NCBI GenBank assembly: GCA_951406725.2 | Contig: OX597819.1 | Location: forward strand, 28,396,001-28,460,000 | Direction of reading: 5' to 3' | Source: Octopus vulgaris | Lineage: Eukaryota | Length of the DNA stretch: 64,000 bases | Shown: in pieces, positions 11,986-24,215 of the stretch | How positions within the stretch are numbered: the stretch's first letter is position 1 | How the letters are laid out: each line of letters opens with the position of its first letter | Translations under genes and position numbers: made by a program | Notes under the pieces: generated by a model | Told to the model about the DNA's origin: nothing | The model's input: only the letters and a program-made list of their open reading frames with translations | Databases searched by the model: none

Positions 11986-14900
11986 TATGAGCAGGTCTAA
12001 GCAAGACTACTTTTTTTTTTGGCAGAGAATGATGATGACTTATGTACATAAGTCTCTCCTTACCACACCACTGATGTTCTCCAAAAGGAAAGGCTACCAC
12101 CTTGGGCCAATACAACTTGGCACCAGTGTCATTGTATACATTTCTGTCACAGTGCAAAGAATCAGAACAGTTATTTAAACTAGTTTGATAAGAGTCAATG
12201 CACAAAACTCTCAACTCTTGAGTTACTTTGTAAATTTTGCCAATTAAGCATATATATATCATCATCATCATTGTTTAATGCCCGTTTACCATGGTGGCAT
12301 GGGTTGGGTGGTTCGACTAGGGTCTGGGAAACCAGGAGGCTGCACCAGGCTCCAGTCTGATCTGGCAGTGTTTCTGCAGCTGGATGCCCTTCCTAATGTC
12401 AACCACTCCGAGAGTGTAGTGGGTGCTTTTTATGTGCCACAGGCATGAAAGCCAGTCAAGGCAGCACTGGTATCAGCCATGTTTGGATGGTGCTTTTTAT
12501 GTGCCACCGGCACAGAAATCACAGCTACAATTTCCTGGTTAATAATCATCCCATAATCTTGAGCTTCCAAAGATAAATGGGAAAAAATTATCTATTTCTT
12601 GAAAATTAGGGAAGGGTTAGGAACAGGAAGAGTATCTTGCTATAACACAATGGTTGAACATATTTGTTCAACCCATGCTAACATGGAAAAACAGATGTAA
12701 AAATGAATGAACAACAAACCTGTGAAAACAAAGATAGTAGACCTGAGATGTCTAACAATTAATGTATACACTTCATTGCTTACAGCCATGAAACATTAAA
12801 TGTTTAGTGAATAGATTCAATGACAATTGTTAATCCTGTTACCAGGTTAGTAGTGATATGTAGTTTTACATTGTATTATTTAAAAGTGATTAACTGATTT
12901 AAAAGATTACAGTTTAAAATGGGAATGTTATATCAATAGAATATGCTGGTAGTGAAAATAAAGTCTTCAATATACACTTTTATGATAAAAGAATGGATGT
13001 GAAAAATAAGGCATAAGCTTAGAATGTAAAATTAAATATTACATCATCATTATCACTTAATGTCTGTTTCCCATGTTGGCATGGGTTAGATGGTTTGACT
13101 GGAGCTGGTGAGCCAGAGAGTTGTAGCAGGCTCCAGTCATCTGTTTGGGGTTGGTTTCTACGTCTGGATGCCCTTCCTAAGAGTGCACTGGGTATCTTTT
13201 ATGTGTCATTGGAATGGGTGCCATATATGTGTCACTGGCATGGGTACCTTTTATGTGCCATGATCACAATTTCACTAAGCTTGATGTGTTTCTCAAGCAC
13301 AAAAAATTGCCAGAGGTCTTGGTCACTTGTCATCAGCTTTACGAGACTCAACAACCAAAGATAATAAATATTTTTAAACACAAAAAGTGTGTTTTGTGGG
13401 GTTGCATTATACTTGAGATAATATTGTATTTTGAAATATAAAATGTCCAGAAGAAACTATATAAAACACAAGGATGAAATGTGATAGATTATAGGAATAA
13501 GGTATGAGAAATTTATAGCTAAACTAGCTTAGAATAGAGATAAAAATCAATGATCAATGAGTAATCTGAAGCAAGCAAGGTATAATTTTTGTTTTAAAAC
13601 ACATAAAATTTTAGCCTCACTTTGAAAGCTACACAAAGTGGCTACACCATTTCTGTTTATCTTTCTGAAAAAAGAGGAAATCATCTGACAACTTTCTAGT
13701 TTTGTTAGATCTGCATTAGAGAAAGAATAGTCATTTGTCCATTGAGAGATTGGGAGTTTGCAAGTCAGACTGGTTCTCTTACCCTTTTACTTGTTTCAGT
13801 GAAACTGGAATGGGCCATGCTAGGGTACTACTTTGAAAGGTTCAAGTCAAAGAAATTGACTCCAATACTTATTCTATCAGTTTCTTTTTGCCAAGCTGCT
13901 AAGTTATGGAAATACAAACAAACCAACACTGATTGTTGAGTGATGGAGGGACAAATATATACACAAAGATGTGTGTGCACATGCACACACACACACTGGC
14001 TTTCTACACAGTTTCACTCTCTACCAAATTCCCTCACAAGGCATTGGTTGGCTTAGGGTTGTATAAGACACTTGCCTAGGGTACCACACAGTATGACTGA
14101 GCTCCAAACCACACAGTTGCAAAGCAAATTTTTTAACCACGCAATTATGTTTGTGTCTAATCTACCTGAAAGTGCATTGTTGATTAATCAATTATTTATC
14201 TGTTATCAGTGCATGTAGACCTTACATTTATAATTTAAAATGGACATTATGTACTAGTCAATTTATCTTCCCAGACAGCATGGAAGCTGGATGTTAACTG
14301 ATGATGATGAAATGCAGACTGAAGGTAGTGGATGAAACTCATTGAAAACAATCTACAAGTCAGAAATCAATTTGCCTGTTTTGGGATGATGTCACAGCTT
14401 TTGATCAGTATTCTGTGTTAGTCTAAACTTCACTGAAAATACAGGCACAGGAGTGGCTGTGTGATAAGAAGCTTGCTTCCCAACCTCATGGTTCTGGGTT
14501 CAGTCCCATTGCATGACTCCTTGGACAAATGTCTTCTGCTATAGCTTTGGGCTGACCAAAGCCTTCTGAGTAGATTTGGTAGACAGAAACCGAAAGAAGA
14601 CTGTCGTATATATATATGTATATATGTTTGTCCCCCTACCATCACTTAACAACTGATGTTGGTGTGTTTACATCCCTGTAACTTAGTAGTTCAGAAAAAG
14701 AGACCGATAGAATAAGTACTAGGCTTACAAAAAATAAGTCCTGGGCTCGATTTGTTTGACTAAAAAAGGCAGTGCTCCAGCATGGCCACAGTCAAATGAC
14801 TGAAACCAATAAAAGAATACCACTGGTCCTCAACCTGGGCAGTAGTGCTCTCTTAGGGGCATTGTGAGTTTGCAAGGAGGTGACAAAAGTCAAAGGGGCA

Positions 14901-16379
14901 CTATGAAGACACCGGGTATTTGAGGGTTTATGATTTTTCTCAGAATTAAGATATTAAAGTTAGATACAATAATTATACTTTAAATATATTTTCAAAGATT
15001 CTTTGTCTTGACTGGAATATGAACAGGACATTTATCAGTGAGCACAAACATGAGTGATGATGCACCAAGGGCTAGTATAATTTATAATGTAAATCCTTGC
15101 CTGTTTTTAGTAATTTCCATAAAAATTCAACATAGGGTTACTAGTCTATGCAAGTATCTAAAAAGGATCATATGCTGGTTGGGATATCATCATCATTTGT
15201 GTCTCATGTCCATGCTGGCATGGGTTGGACGGTTTGACAAGGGCTGGTAAGGTGAGAAGTTGGCACCAAGTACCTAGTCTGATTTGGCATGGTTTCTATG
15301 GCTGGATGCCCTTCCTAATGCCAACCACTTCGAAAGTGTAATGGGTGCTTTTATGTTTCACTGGTATGGGTATCAATTTGCATGACACCAATATCTACCA
15401 CAACTATGATTTCACTTAGCTTGATGAGTCTTCTCAAGCACAACATATTGCCAAAGGTCTTGGTCATTTGTCATTGCCTCTGTGCTCAGAAGGTGCTTTT
15501 CATGTGTCACCGGCATGGGTGCTAGTTACACAAGACCAGCATTGGTCTCATTGCCTCCATGGGATAATATAAGAAAATATAGATATAAAAAAACTGCACA
15601 AAATTAGCTCCTGTTTGATTAAATCTGTTTTGTTTTGCAAAACCTGGGGAAGGGCATTTGTAAGACAGAGTTTAGTAAAAGGGGACACTGAGTTAAAAAG
15701 TGGTTGAGAACTATTTAGGACTTAAAACATCTGACTCTATTTACAAGAGAGTAGAGTTTATATTGAGTGAGATTTCATTACTAATTTTAGGTTTAGCAAT
15801 TACATAACAACTGTCTTGTAATTTTATGCTGCAGTTCCTGACAGAATCTGAAACAACAGGTGATGTTTCTATGCAGAACTTTTAACTAATAAATTACTAT
15901 CTGTCATGAAAAAATATTTGAAATGGTATTTTATGGTATAGTATGATGGACATTATGTAACTATACATTACTTTGAAGAATGATTCGTGTCATACAAATA
16001 AAAAGTTAATATCTATGGGTTTTTTTTATTGTATTTATGATGACTGCTAATCAATATTTTAAGTATATCAAATGCATCATTATCACTACCATTTTAACAC
16101 CTGTGTTTCTATGCTTACATGAGTTAGATGAATCCTCCTTGCATAATGTCTTACCACTTATCTTCTTCATGAACTTGAGTATCCTGAGATCATCTTTCAC
16201 AACTTCTATCTATGGCTTCCTCTTTCCACTTAGGTCAGGGTTAATAACTAACTAAATAGCAGAGATTACAGCGACCTATAGTGTTTTTTTTTTCTAACTC
16301 TGTTTTTATTTTGGCTACTAAGTTTAAAGAGTATCCACTTCTAATGCTAATTAGGTGATCTATCTCAGGATTGAATAGG

Positions 16380-16840
16380 CTTTTCATGAAATCAAACATA
16401 TATTGTGAAATAAACAGCTATCAATAAAAGTGAGGAAAAGAGTTTTAGGAGTATACATAAAACCTATGCTTACATATGGTTGTTTGACTTGGATCAACAA
16501 CAAACAAGTGCAAAAGTTTATCAATGCTGCTGAGATGCAGTTCCTTAGACGATTACTCAAGATATTCTATAGAGATAGACCAGAAGAAACCACCAGGAAA
16601 CTTAACAACATAAGGAAACAACAAGTAAAGTTTATCCACCATCATACGAAAAGATAAAGCCTTGAATATTTGGTGAGAACTGGGAAACTGAAAGGGCAAA
16701 AAAAAACTGAGGAAGACACTTGTTGGCCTTTCCAGGTGGATACAAAAAGACCAAATCCCTAACTTGCTCGGTTGAATGCACATCAGGAAGGTGTGACAGA
16801 CTATAATTGTCAACACATGTATGCATAGCACATAAAGAAG
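16380..16840 (+). mobile_element. RTE-like LINE 3' fragment
   Basis: KRVLGVYIKPMLTYGCLTW...AAEMQFLRRLLKI is a typical post-RT region of RTE elements. Confidence 0.75.
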
Positions 16841-16999
16841 GTAAGAGAAACCACCAAATACTTCTATGGAGCTTTCAAAGTATTTGAAAGAATTTATTTT
16901 ATGCTGCTCTAACTCTTAGCCACAACTGTATATCTGCTACACACATGAAATCTTTCTTTTCGGCAAGCCTGCCTACACACTTTCACAACCACAGTATGG

Positions 17000-19440
17000 A
17001 ATTCCTACATGTCCCTTTATTATATATTAAGTATGGGTATGGCTAATTCTCAGGTAGCAATACAATCTTGTCTTTTTTTCTGCTAACTAAAATGTTTGTC
17101 TTTGCTAGATTTACTTTGAAGCCTGTCAATTCTAAGCTTTACACACATATTTGAAATTCCTTTTCTAAACCTTCAACAAATTCAGCTTTGAGAACTAGAT
17201 CACCAATGTACAGGATTCTTAAGGACAACCAATTTTAAACTTCTCTATTGTGACCTAGAGAACTATAATAAACAGGAAGGGGCTGAGAATTGAGCCCTGA
17301 TGAATATCAACCTGCATGCTAAATTTCTAGCTGAACTTAATATCAACTCTTAACTTTCTGATGGAATCTCTGTAAATAGCTTGCACAACTCTCAAGCCAT
17401 TCTTAGTGACTACAAGACTAGAGAGCAAAGAATTCTATCATAGGCCTCCTCCATATTTTAGATATAGTAACATAGTTCTTAGCTATGAACTTGTAGTTAA
17501 CTCACTGGAAACAGAGAACCGATAATACTCCACATTGGTACACGCCTAAACTGTATCTAGTCCAAGCTAACTTCCTTCTTAATCAGTTGTGTTATAACTC
17601 TTTGTGTTATTTTCATAACTTGATTCAACATTTCAACTGACAGTGATATCACTCTGCCAGTCATTAAGTATGACACCTTATTGTATTATTTGATCAACTA
17701 TGTGAGTATCCAGTACAAGCCCTACTTCAGACATTTTCAACTTCTCAGCAACTATTTATGTTCTGGTTGTTTCCCTGGTTTCATATTGCACTTTTGATTA
17801 TATGGCTGCCAACATCAGTAGCAGGTTATGTTTTTTTTTGTGGTAGTCCCTCTTTCTCTCACACATTCTTTACATTTATCAGCTTCTCGTTGTGAGATTT
17901 CCATGCATCTTTCTATATTTGTGTTAGTGAGAGTAAGTGTGCTGCAATCATTCTGGACACACTTTTCTCTTCAATGGCATTTTGATTCTCACTGAAGTAA
18001 AGCTTTACAATCCGAAATACCTTCCATCTCTAAACCGGTCATTGCAGATCACAAGCAAACCTCTTACTTATAGTTTCTTTCTATGTTATGCTTAACTGAT
18101 ATCAAGCTTCCTTTGGAGCTACTCTTCTCTCCATTTTCTTCCAATCTTTCCAAGACTGTCTTTAGTTCTAATGGACCCCATCTACTGTACTATTCACCTT
18201 CATGTCAACTTGCAACAGGCTGGTATATTGCTTCAGTGGAGGCACAATGGCCCAGTGGTTAGGCATAGGATCGCGGTTTCGATTCCCAGACCGGGCGTTG
18301 TGAGTGTTTATTGAGCGAAAACACCTAAAAGGTCCACGAGGCTCCGGCAGGGGATGGTGGTGATCCCTGCTGTACTCTTTCACCACAACTTTCTCTCGCT
18401 CTTTCTTCCTGTTTCTGTTGTACCTGTATTTCAAAGGGCCGGCTTTGTCACTCTCTGTGTCATGCTGAATATCCCCGAGAACTACGTTAAGGGTACACGT
18501 GTCTGTGGAGTGCTCAGCCACTTACACGTTAATTTCACGAGCAGGCTGTTCCGTTGATAGAATCAACCAGAACTCTCGTCGTCGTAACCGACGGAGTGCT
18601 TCCATCCATCCATATTGCTTCAAGCACAAATCTGATCTGTAGCTCATATTAGATTGTCTAGCAGAAACTCCCAGTTGTCATTTATGTTACAGATCCCTGT
18701 CTGCCATTCTTTAGAATCTGTCTGAGCAGACTAAGCAAAGGGATCTTTGCTTTGCCATCTTGTGTCTCTGGGTTTGTATAGTTCTTTCTGTAAAGCCACT
18801 AAGAACAAGTCTATATTGAGTGGTACATTCTTCACTGAGGATGGACTCATTATTCACAACCACCTGTCTACCCTGTTTCTTGATCAATATGATGTCTATT
18901 TTGTTTGCATACTCACCTTATTGTTAGTTGAATCAGTTCTGCAACGCTAACTTTAATTTCTTGACGTGAGTGTCACAGATGGTTACTTGATCCTTACTCA
19001 TTCTTCACACCATATCTATAGTCTCCATGCACGTTAGAATAACTATAATGGTGTTGCCCAACATGTCCATAAAAGTCATTGGCTGTGATAACAAGGTCAC
19101 TGTTGTTCATTATAGAGATGGTCTGTCAAAGGACCCCATAGAAATTGTGCTTTTACACATCTGTCAGCCCTGATCGTCATTCATAAGCAGAGAAAACTGA
19201 TGATATTGTGTTGCCCATGACTAATCATAGCTTAATTATTCTGTCACAAACTCTGACTACCTCAATTAGCCATTTCTCTGCCAACACTTTGCCAACTTCA
19301 CCTATCTGAGCACTTTTATACACCTCAAAAGAATTTGTACCCATATTCTTTGTGAGTGAAGAATCTAGTTGAGGTTTCCCTTCCATCATCAAAGCTCTTG
19401 TATACAACATGCATTCACTCAACTTTGCTTAAGCATCTTT
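17000..19440 (-). mobile_element. Highly decayed RTE-like LINE (endonuclease and RT remnants)
   Basis: DIHQGSILSP (RT motif GV.QG..LSP) near 17280-17310; endonuclease-like GEVGKVLAEKW...VVRVCDRIIKL at 19225-19310; SINE inserted at 18238-18610. Boundaries approximate. Confidence 0.65.
18238..18610 (+). mobile_element. tRNA-derived SINE family B (representative copy)
   Basis: Head GGAGGC.CAATGGCC.AGTGGTTAGG...GGTTTCGATTCCC. Relatives with different 3' modules at about 790-1110, 24964-25268, 29054-29380, 29501-29840, 30499-30788, 33490-33765, 49214-49517 and 50235-50528. Confidence 0.85.
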
Positions 19441-22400
19441 CTGCTCTCTTCAAATCTAAAGATATATGAATCTTGTTATTAAAATGACTAAATCAATGCT
19501 GGGACAGCTCTAATGAAAATGTAAAAATAAGAATCTGTTGTTGGAGGAAAATTTACAGACGTCATGTTTCTAATAACAACAAAAGGATTCTGTCTTTATA
19601 CACAGAGGATTAACCTAATCTTGTGGCTTCAACCAGTTTTGAATTATTGGATGAAGTACAGATGAAAAGCAAATGAAATGGTTTGGACAAATAATTGAAA
19701 TAAATTTAGGCTGCTTGTTGTCAATGGTAGATGACAAAGATAATTAGTGTGACTAATATAGTTAAGAAATATGAGAGAAGTTACATATATAACTGCAGTT
19801 ATTATTAATTATCCAATCTACTTAAAATTATTTGTTCCTTATGAAGGTTATCTTATATCCTGTCATTAGGCCTCTATTTTTTTGTTATCACCTTTCTCAT
19901 TTAGTGCTTGGCTTTCATGATGATGTGGGATGGGTGCTTCAACAGGATTCAAAGAGTTAGAGAACTGTCAAACTCCAACGTCTTCTTTGGCGTAGTTTCT
20001 ATAGTTAGATGCCCTTCTTAATAGCAACCACTTTACAGGGTGTGCTGGATACTTTTTTCATGGCACTAACACTACTGAGATTGGCAAGTAATTTGCAAGA
20101 CAGAAAAAGTCAAAAGCTTACGACTAAGTTTGTAATCTTTATAATTACTGACAAAATGAGACCTCAAGGACATTCCAAGAGATTGTACAGTTATAAGATT
20201 ATGGCATGAAAGTGCTTAACTGACTTATTAGTAACAACAGCAACAACAACAAAAGGATAGTCAGAAGAGGAAAGGCATCATCCATGATCCTATCAGAGTT
20301 TCTGAAATTTGTAGGAGGAAGATATTCTTGAATTGGAAACTTGTCCCGAATGCTTGTAAAAGAGAAGGCTCCACTTAAAGCATCTAAGGACCAGGTGGTA
20401 ATGTTACATTGTGAGATAGATTAAACCTAGGACAAGAATACCAAAGATCAAAAACAGCACCTCTGATGGACTTCCATACAGGTTCTGTCCACCAAAGTTT
20501 TATACTGGACAAAGCCTTGGTCAACCTGAGGCTATGATAGAAAATACTTGATCAAAGGTGCTGTGTAGTGGAATCAAACCCAAAATCCCATAGTTGTGAA
20601 GTGAACTCCTTAACCACACAATCATAAGTGTCCTTCTAAAGCAAAGGGTCAATTACCAGGTGCTGAAACCCAGTAATAACTGTTAACTAGTAAATCCAAA
20701 CCTATTGGCAACATGGAACATGAACATTAAATGATGATGGTGTTGATGTAAATGTTTGTTTTATTGAACCTAGAGAATTGCAAGATTAAAACAACTACAA
20801 TATTTGGGACATTCAAATTTAGATTGACACTATATTACTTAATTGTTCCTGTTTCTTTTAACCTGGAATAGTTTGAGCCAACACAGAAGTCTTCAGCAAG
20901 TCACCTAATGTACAAAAATAAGCAACCAAACTTACCTCACATGATATACATGGTCATGGCTGAAATGACATTGCTGATATGTTTACTCAGTCAGGGCTAA
21001 CCTTGGACTCAACAATAACAACAACCATCCAGAAATGGTTAATTTGATCAAACCTCACTGAATGTACTATACTTTTAGTAGGGATCAAATTTTACAACAG
21101 GTGTCCAAAATTTAATATGAGCTTCTGTAACACAGCAAGCCGGTACAATTGTAAGCACGCGGGGCAAAATGCTTAGTGGAATTTTGTATGTTTTTATGTT
21201 CTGAGATCAAATGCTGAGGATGTCAACTTTGCCTTTCATCCTTGCGTCAAAACTTGAAACTAATGTAAGCCTCTGTAGATTGAAGTGAGGTCTAGTGTTA
21301 GGCTCAAGATCATTACATCCCGCGTTTCCAGACTGGGTGGTGCACTGTATCCTTGAGCAAGATACTTTATTTCAAACAGGTCGAGTCCAGCTTAAAATGA
21401 GTACCAGCAATAGCAGAAGACTTAACTTTGTGATGGACTGGCACCCCATTCATGAGGAAGATTTGTACTTATAGTCTCTAAACATCTCAGATAAGCTTCC
21501 GCCTCATGAGCCTGTTAGATTGAGTCTAAATGAAGTAAAGCTATGGCTACAAATAAAAATAATAGTAAGTTAATTTAGGTCAGGATATTAACTGGGCACT
21601 TCTTGAAATAAAAGTTTCTTTCGTGCACAGTGACGGGCTCAAATGATGTACGTTCAGTCGTCATGAGCCCGTTGGTTAGAGGCAGGCTTCTACTGTAGGA
21701 TGAAGTTCTGTTGAACAGATTTAGATTTGTATATAGATGCTTCAGATTTTTCAGCTATGATTAAATAGTATTTTTCTTCTGATTTTTCACCTATTAGTTA
21801 TGACTTGTCAAAGAACTACCCGAAACGTGAGATTTTTCGTCTTCCCCGCGGCATTTTTGAAATGTTTACATACCATTCGCCGACAAAGACTCAATAATTC
21901 TCCTGGATCTATTGTTTACTTAGTTAGTTTAAATACCTAAGGCCGAAAAACTTGTATTTCTTCTTTTGCTTTCTTAAAACTTTATACTGAGCACAAATGC
22001 AAATATCATATGCGGTAGGCTTTCTCATTTCCGAAAACTAGAAAATGTACACCCAGCTGTTACCCTGTTCGTTCGCAGAAACGATACATTTAAACTTCAA
22101 GATATCACTAAATATTTACATTTTTAGATGTGTACTTTAATATAAAAATGTAATGGATACTTTTTAGAGTAAAAATTAAAAAAAATATTTTGATGATAAC
22201 CCAAGGAGACGTTAGAATATAGTCAACAAACCGATTAAGCAGCCCCCACCTTTTTTTATCTGCAGTAGTAAGGAAGTACGTAACTAAAATAACTGCAGAT
22301 CTATGTATGAAATATGATTGTGTACGATCCCTCCCACAAAGAATTAAGCAGGGGACAACAGGTGCATACAAAAAGGGGCGATCTTTCGTCTCTAGTAGAC

Positions 22401-22453
22401 CTGACGAAAGATCGCCCAAAAAGGTTCCTAAAAGGCATCGAAGATACGACTGG

Positions 22454-22485
<32 letters not shown>

Positions 22486-23536
22486 CAACAAACAATAAAA
22501 AAGAAGTCACAAATATCAATTTATCGATGGTCAATGTTATTCCTCTAATTACTAAATTTTTTTAAGGATATATTTTCATTTTTCAATACCAAACAGCAGT
22601 TTAACTACCTCTTGTGGCACTAAAATGTACTCCATTTACGTTTCCATTCGATATTATTTTGGTCAGATCCAACTGCTATCTTTGGAGCAACAGAGAAAGC
22701 CTGTACGTGACTATTCGATTCGGCTGTTATTTCTTCCGTGAAGATCTAACAAGACTGGTTGGAAAACAAGAACGATCTATTCCTACTCCAGGTACTAAAA
22801 AATTCCAGATTATGTTAATACAATTAGTTGAATGCCAGTTACAGGCCATATATAGTTAGACTTGTATAATTAAATGATACTTAATGTTAAGTATAGATTT
22901 GAGCTTCCCATAAGCGAGTAGTGTCGGAAACGATGAGTCCTCGAACCATATGTTTCCTATCAATATGCAGAAATGTTGTAATTTTAATAGAAAACATAAA
23001 CTATCAACAATTGGTCTCTCGAAAACCCAATACAATGATGCCATCTATTACTTTTAATTCATTGCTTTTAATGCACATACAAACACACACGCATTTAGAA
23101 CTCAGTATACAGTTTAACGTATTACCTTAAACTTTGGTAAAAACGTGTTTATTAAGGAAGAATTTAGAAATATATCGATACAAGGTAAATTTGGAATTCT
23201 TCTTCTAAATACCTCTATTCTAAGTGATCTCAGGATCTGCTAGAAATGGCAGTTAAAATCTCCCTTAAACTATACTCTGCTGTCTTAAAATAGAAAAGGA
23301 TACGTTAAATAACGTTGTCTTAAAATGAGATCAGATGGTCGTGGCTGGAATACCTTTGATCATATGTCTACTCAATTAAGACTAACTTGAAGTTAACAGA
23401 GATGAAAGAATAGTAAACAGTAGCAACACGTTGAGTGTTTTCTGGAATATCTTTTATAAATTATCGTTTTTAAATTAAAAGTGATGATTGCTAACAGAGT
23501 GGGAAGTGGGAGAAATAAACTGAATTATTTTTTTAC

Positions 23537-23677
23537 CTTGCAGAAGCATCCTTCGGCAGCATCTTTTTTTCCTTGAACATTTTTTCCGGTAATATTACCT
23601 TTTGCATTTGGAAGTTCTATCAGATATATTAAAATAAATATCTGATAGCAGCTTACTAGAACAATATAATTCTTCAT
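23537..23677 (-). CDS. ERO1: ERO1-like ER oxidoreductin, coding exon 1 (signal peptide and CFC motif)
   Basis: Manual translation: MKNYIVLVSCYQIFILIYLIELPNAKGNITGKNVQGKKDAAEGCFCK, then donor gtaaaa. Hydrophobic N-terminus; CFCx ends exon 1 as in vertebrate ERO1A/B. 141 nt, phase 0, in frame with exon 2. Confidence 0.9.
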
Positions 23678-24199
23678 AGTTTACAAGGATGACAATTAAT
23701 ATTTTGACAAATCAATAAAAATTTTGTTTGTTTTTTTATCTCTTTCCACCTTAGATCAGTGAAAAAACGGTTCCGACGCCAAGAAAACTCCTTTCAATAA
23801 TACCATGTTGATTGTTATTTATCTGAGTAGCTTTGAAACTGACAACAGCAAACGGAAAATCTCACGCAGAGGAAAAATAGTTCCATTAAAAATACACTTA
23901 ATTAACTAACTACGAAGCAATAATATTATTTACAATTATTAAAAATAAAGACGTATATGCTAATTATATTTGAATTAATAACTTAGATGTGTAAATAGCA
24001 TTTTTTTCGCCGAAATGTACGGTTTATGTATCGTTTAAGGAGTACGTGGCCTAATGCACACCACCGAAACGAAGGTCAACGTTATGAAAGGATTTCGTCA
24101 ATTAAGAGGGAAAGTATGATAAGGAATTGTTTGATGTCACTTGACAACATTATACAAAGACATTTCCTTGGAATTAAGGATTTATTTAAAGCACCTCAT
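23678..24199. promoter_or_regulatory. Putative bidirectional promoter and 5' UTR interval between ERO1 and NDUFAF7
   Basis: Lies between divergent start codons (23677 minus; 24026-24200 plus), has no recognisable repeats and visibly retains more CpG than the introns. TSSs are not observable. Confidence 0.6.
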
Positions 24200-24215
24200 A
24201 TGTCACTGTTACGAG
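24200..24215 (+). CDS. NDUFAF7: NDUFAF7 probable coding exon 1 (start ATG uncertain; in-frame ATGs also at 24026, 24116, 24134)
   Basis: ATG TCA CTG TTA CGA G|gtatat gives the phase-1 donor that exon 2 needs. The joined peptide MSLLRVSRASKILPFPYRCLST looks like a mitochondrial presequence (human begins MSVLLR). Confidence 0.55.

Noticed and set aside
21628-21675. SECIS-like AUGA...AA...GA on the minus strand
   Set aside because: Spacing is too short, the location is intronic, and no UGA-recoded gene is evident.
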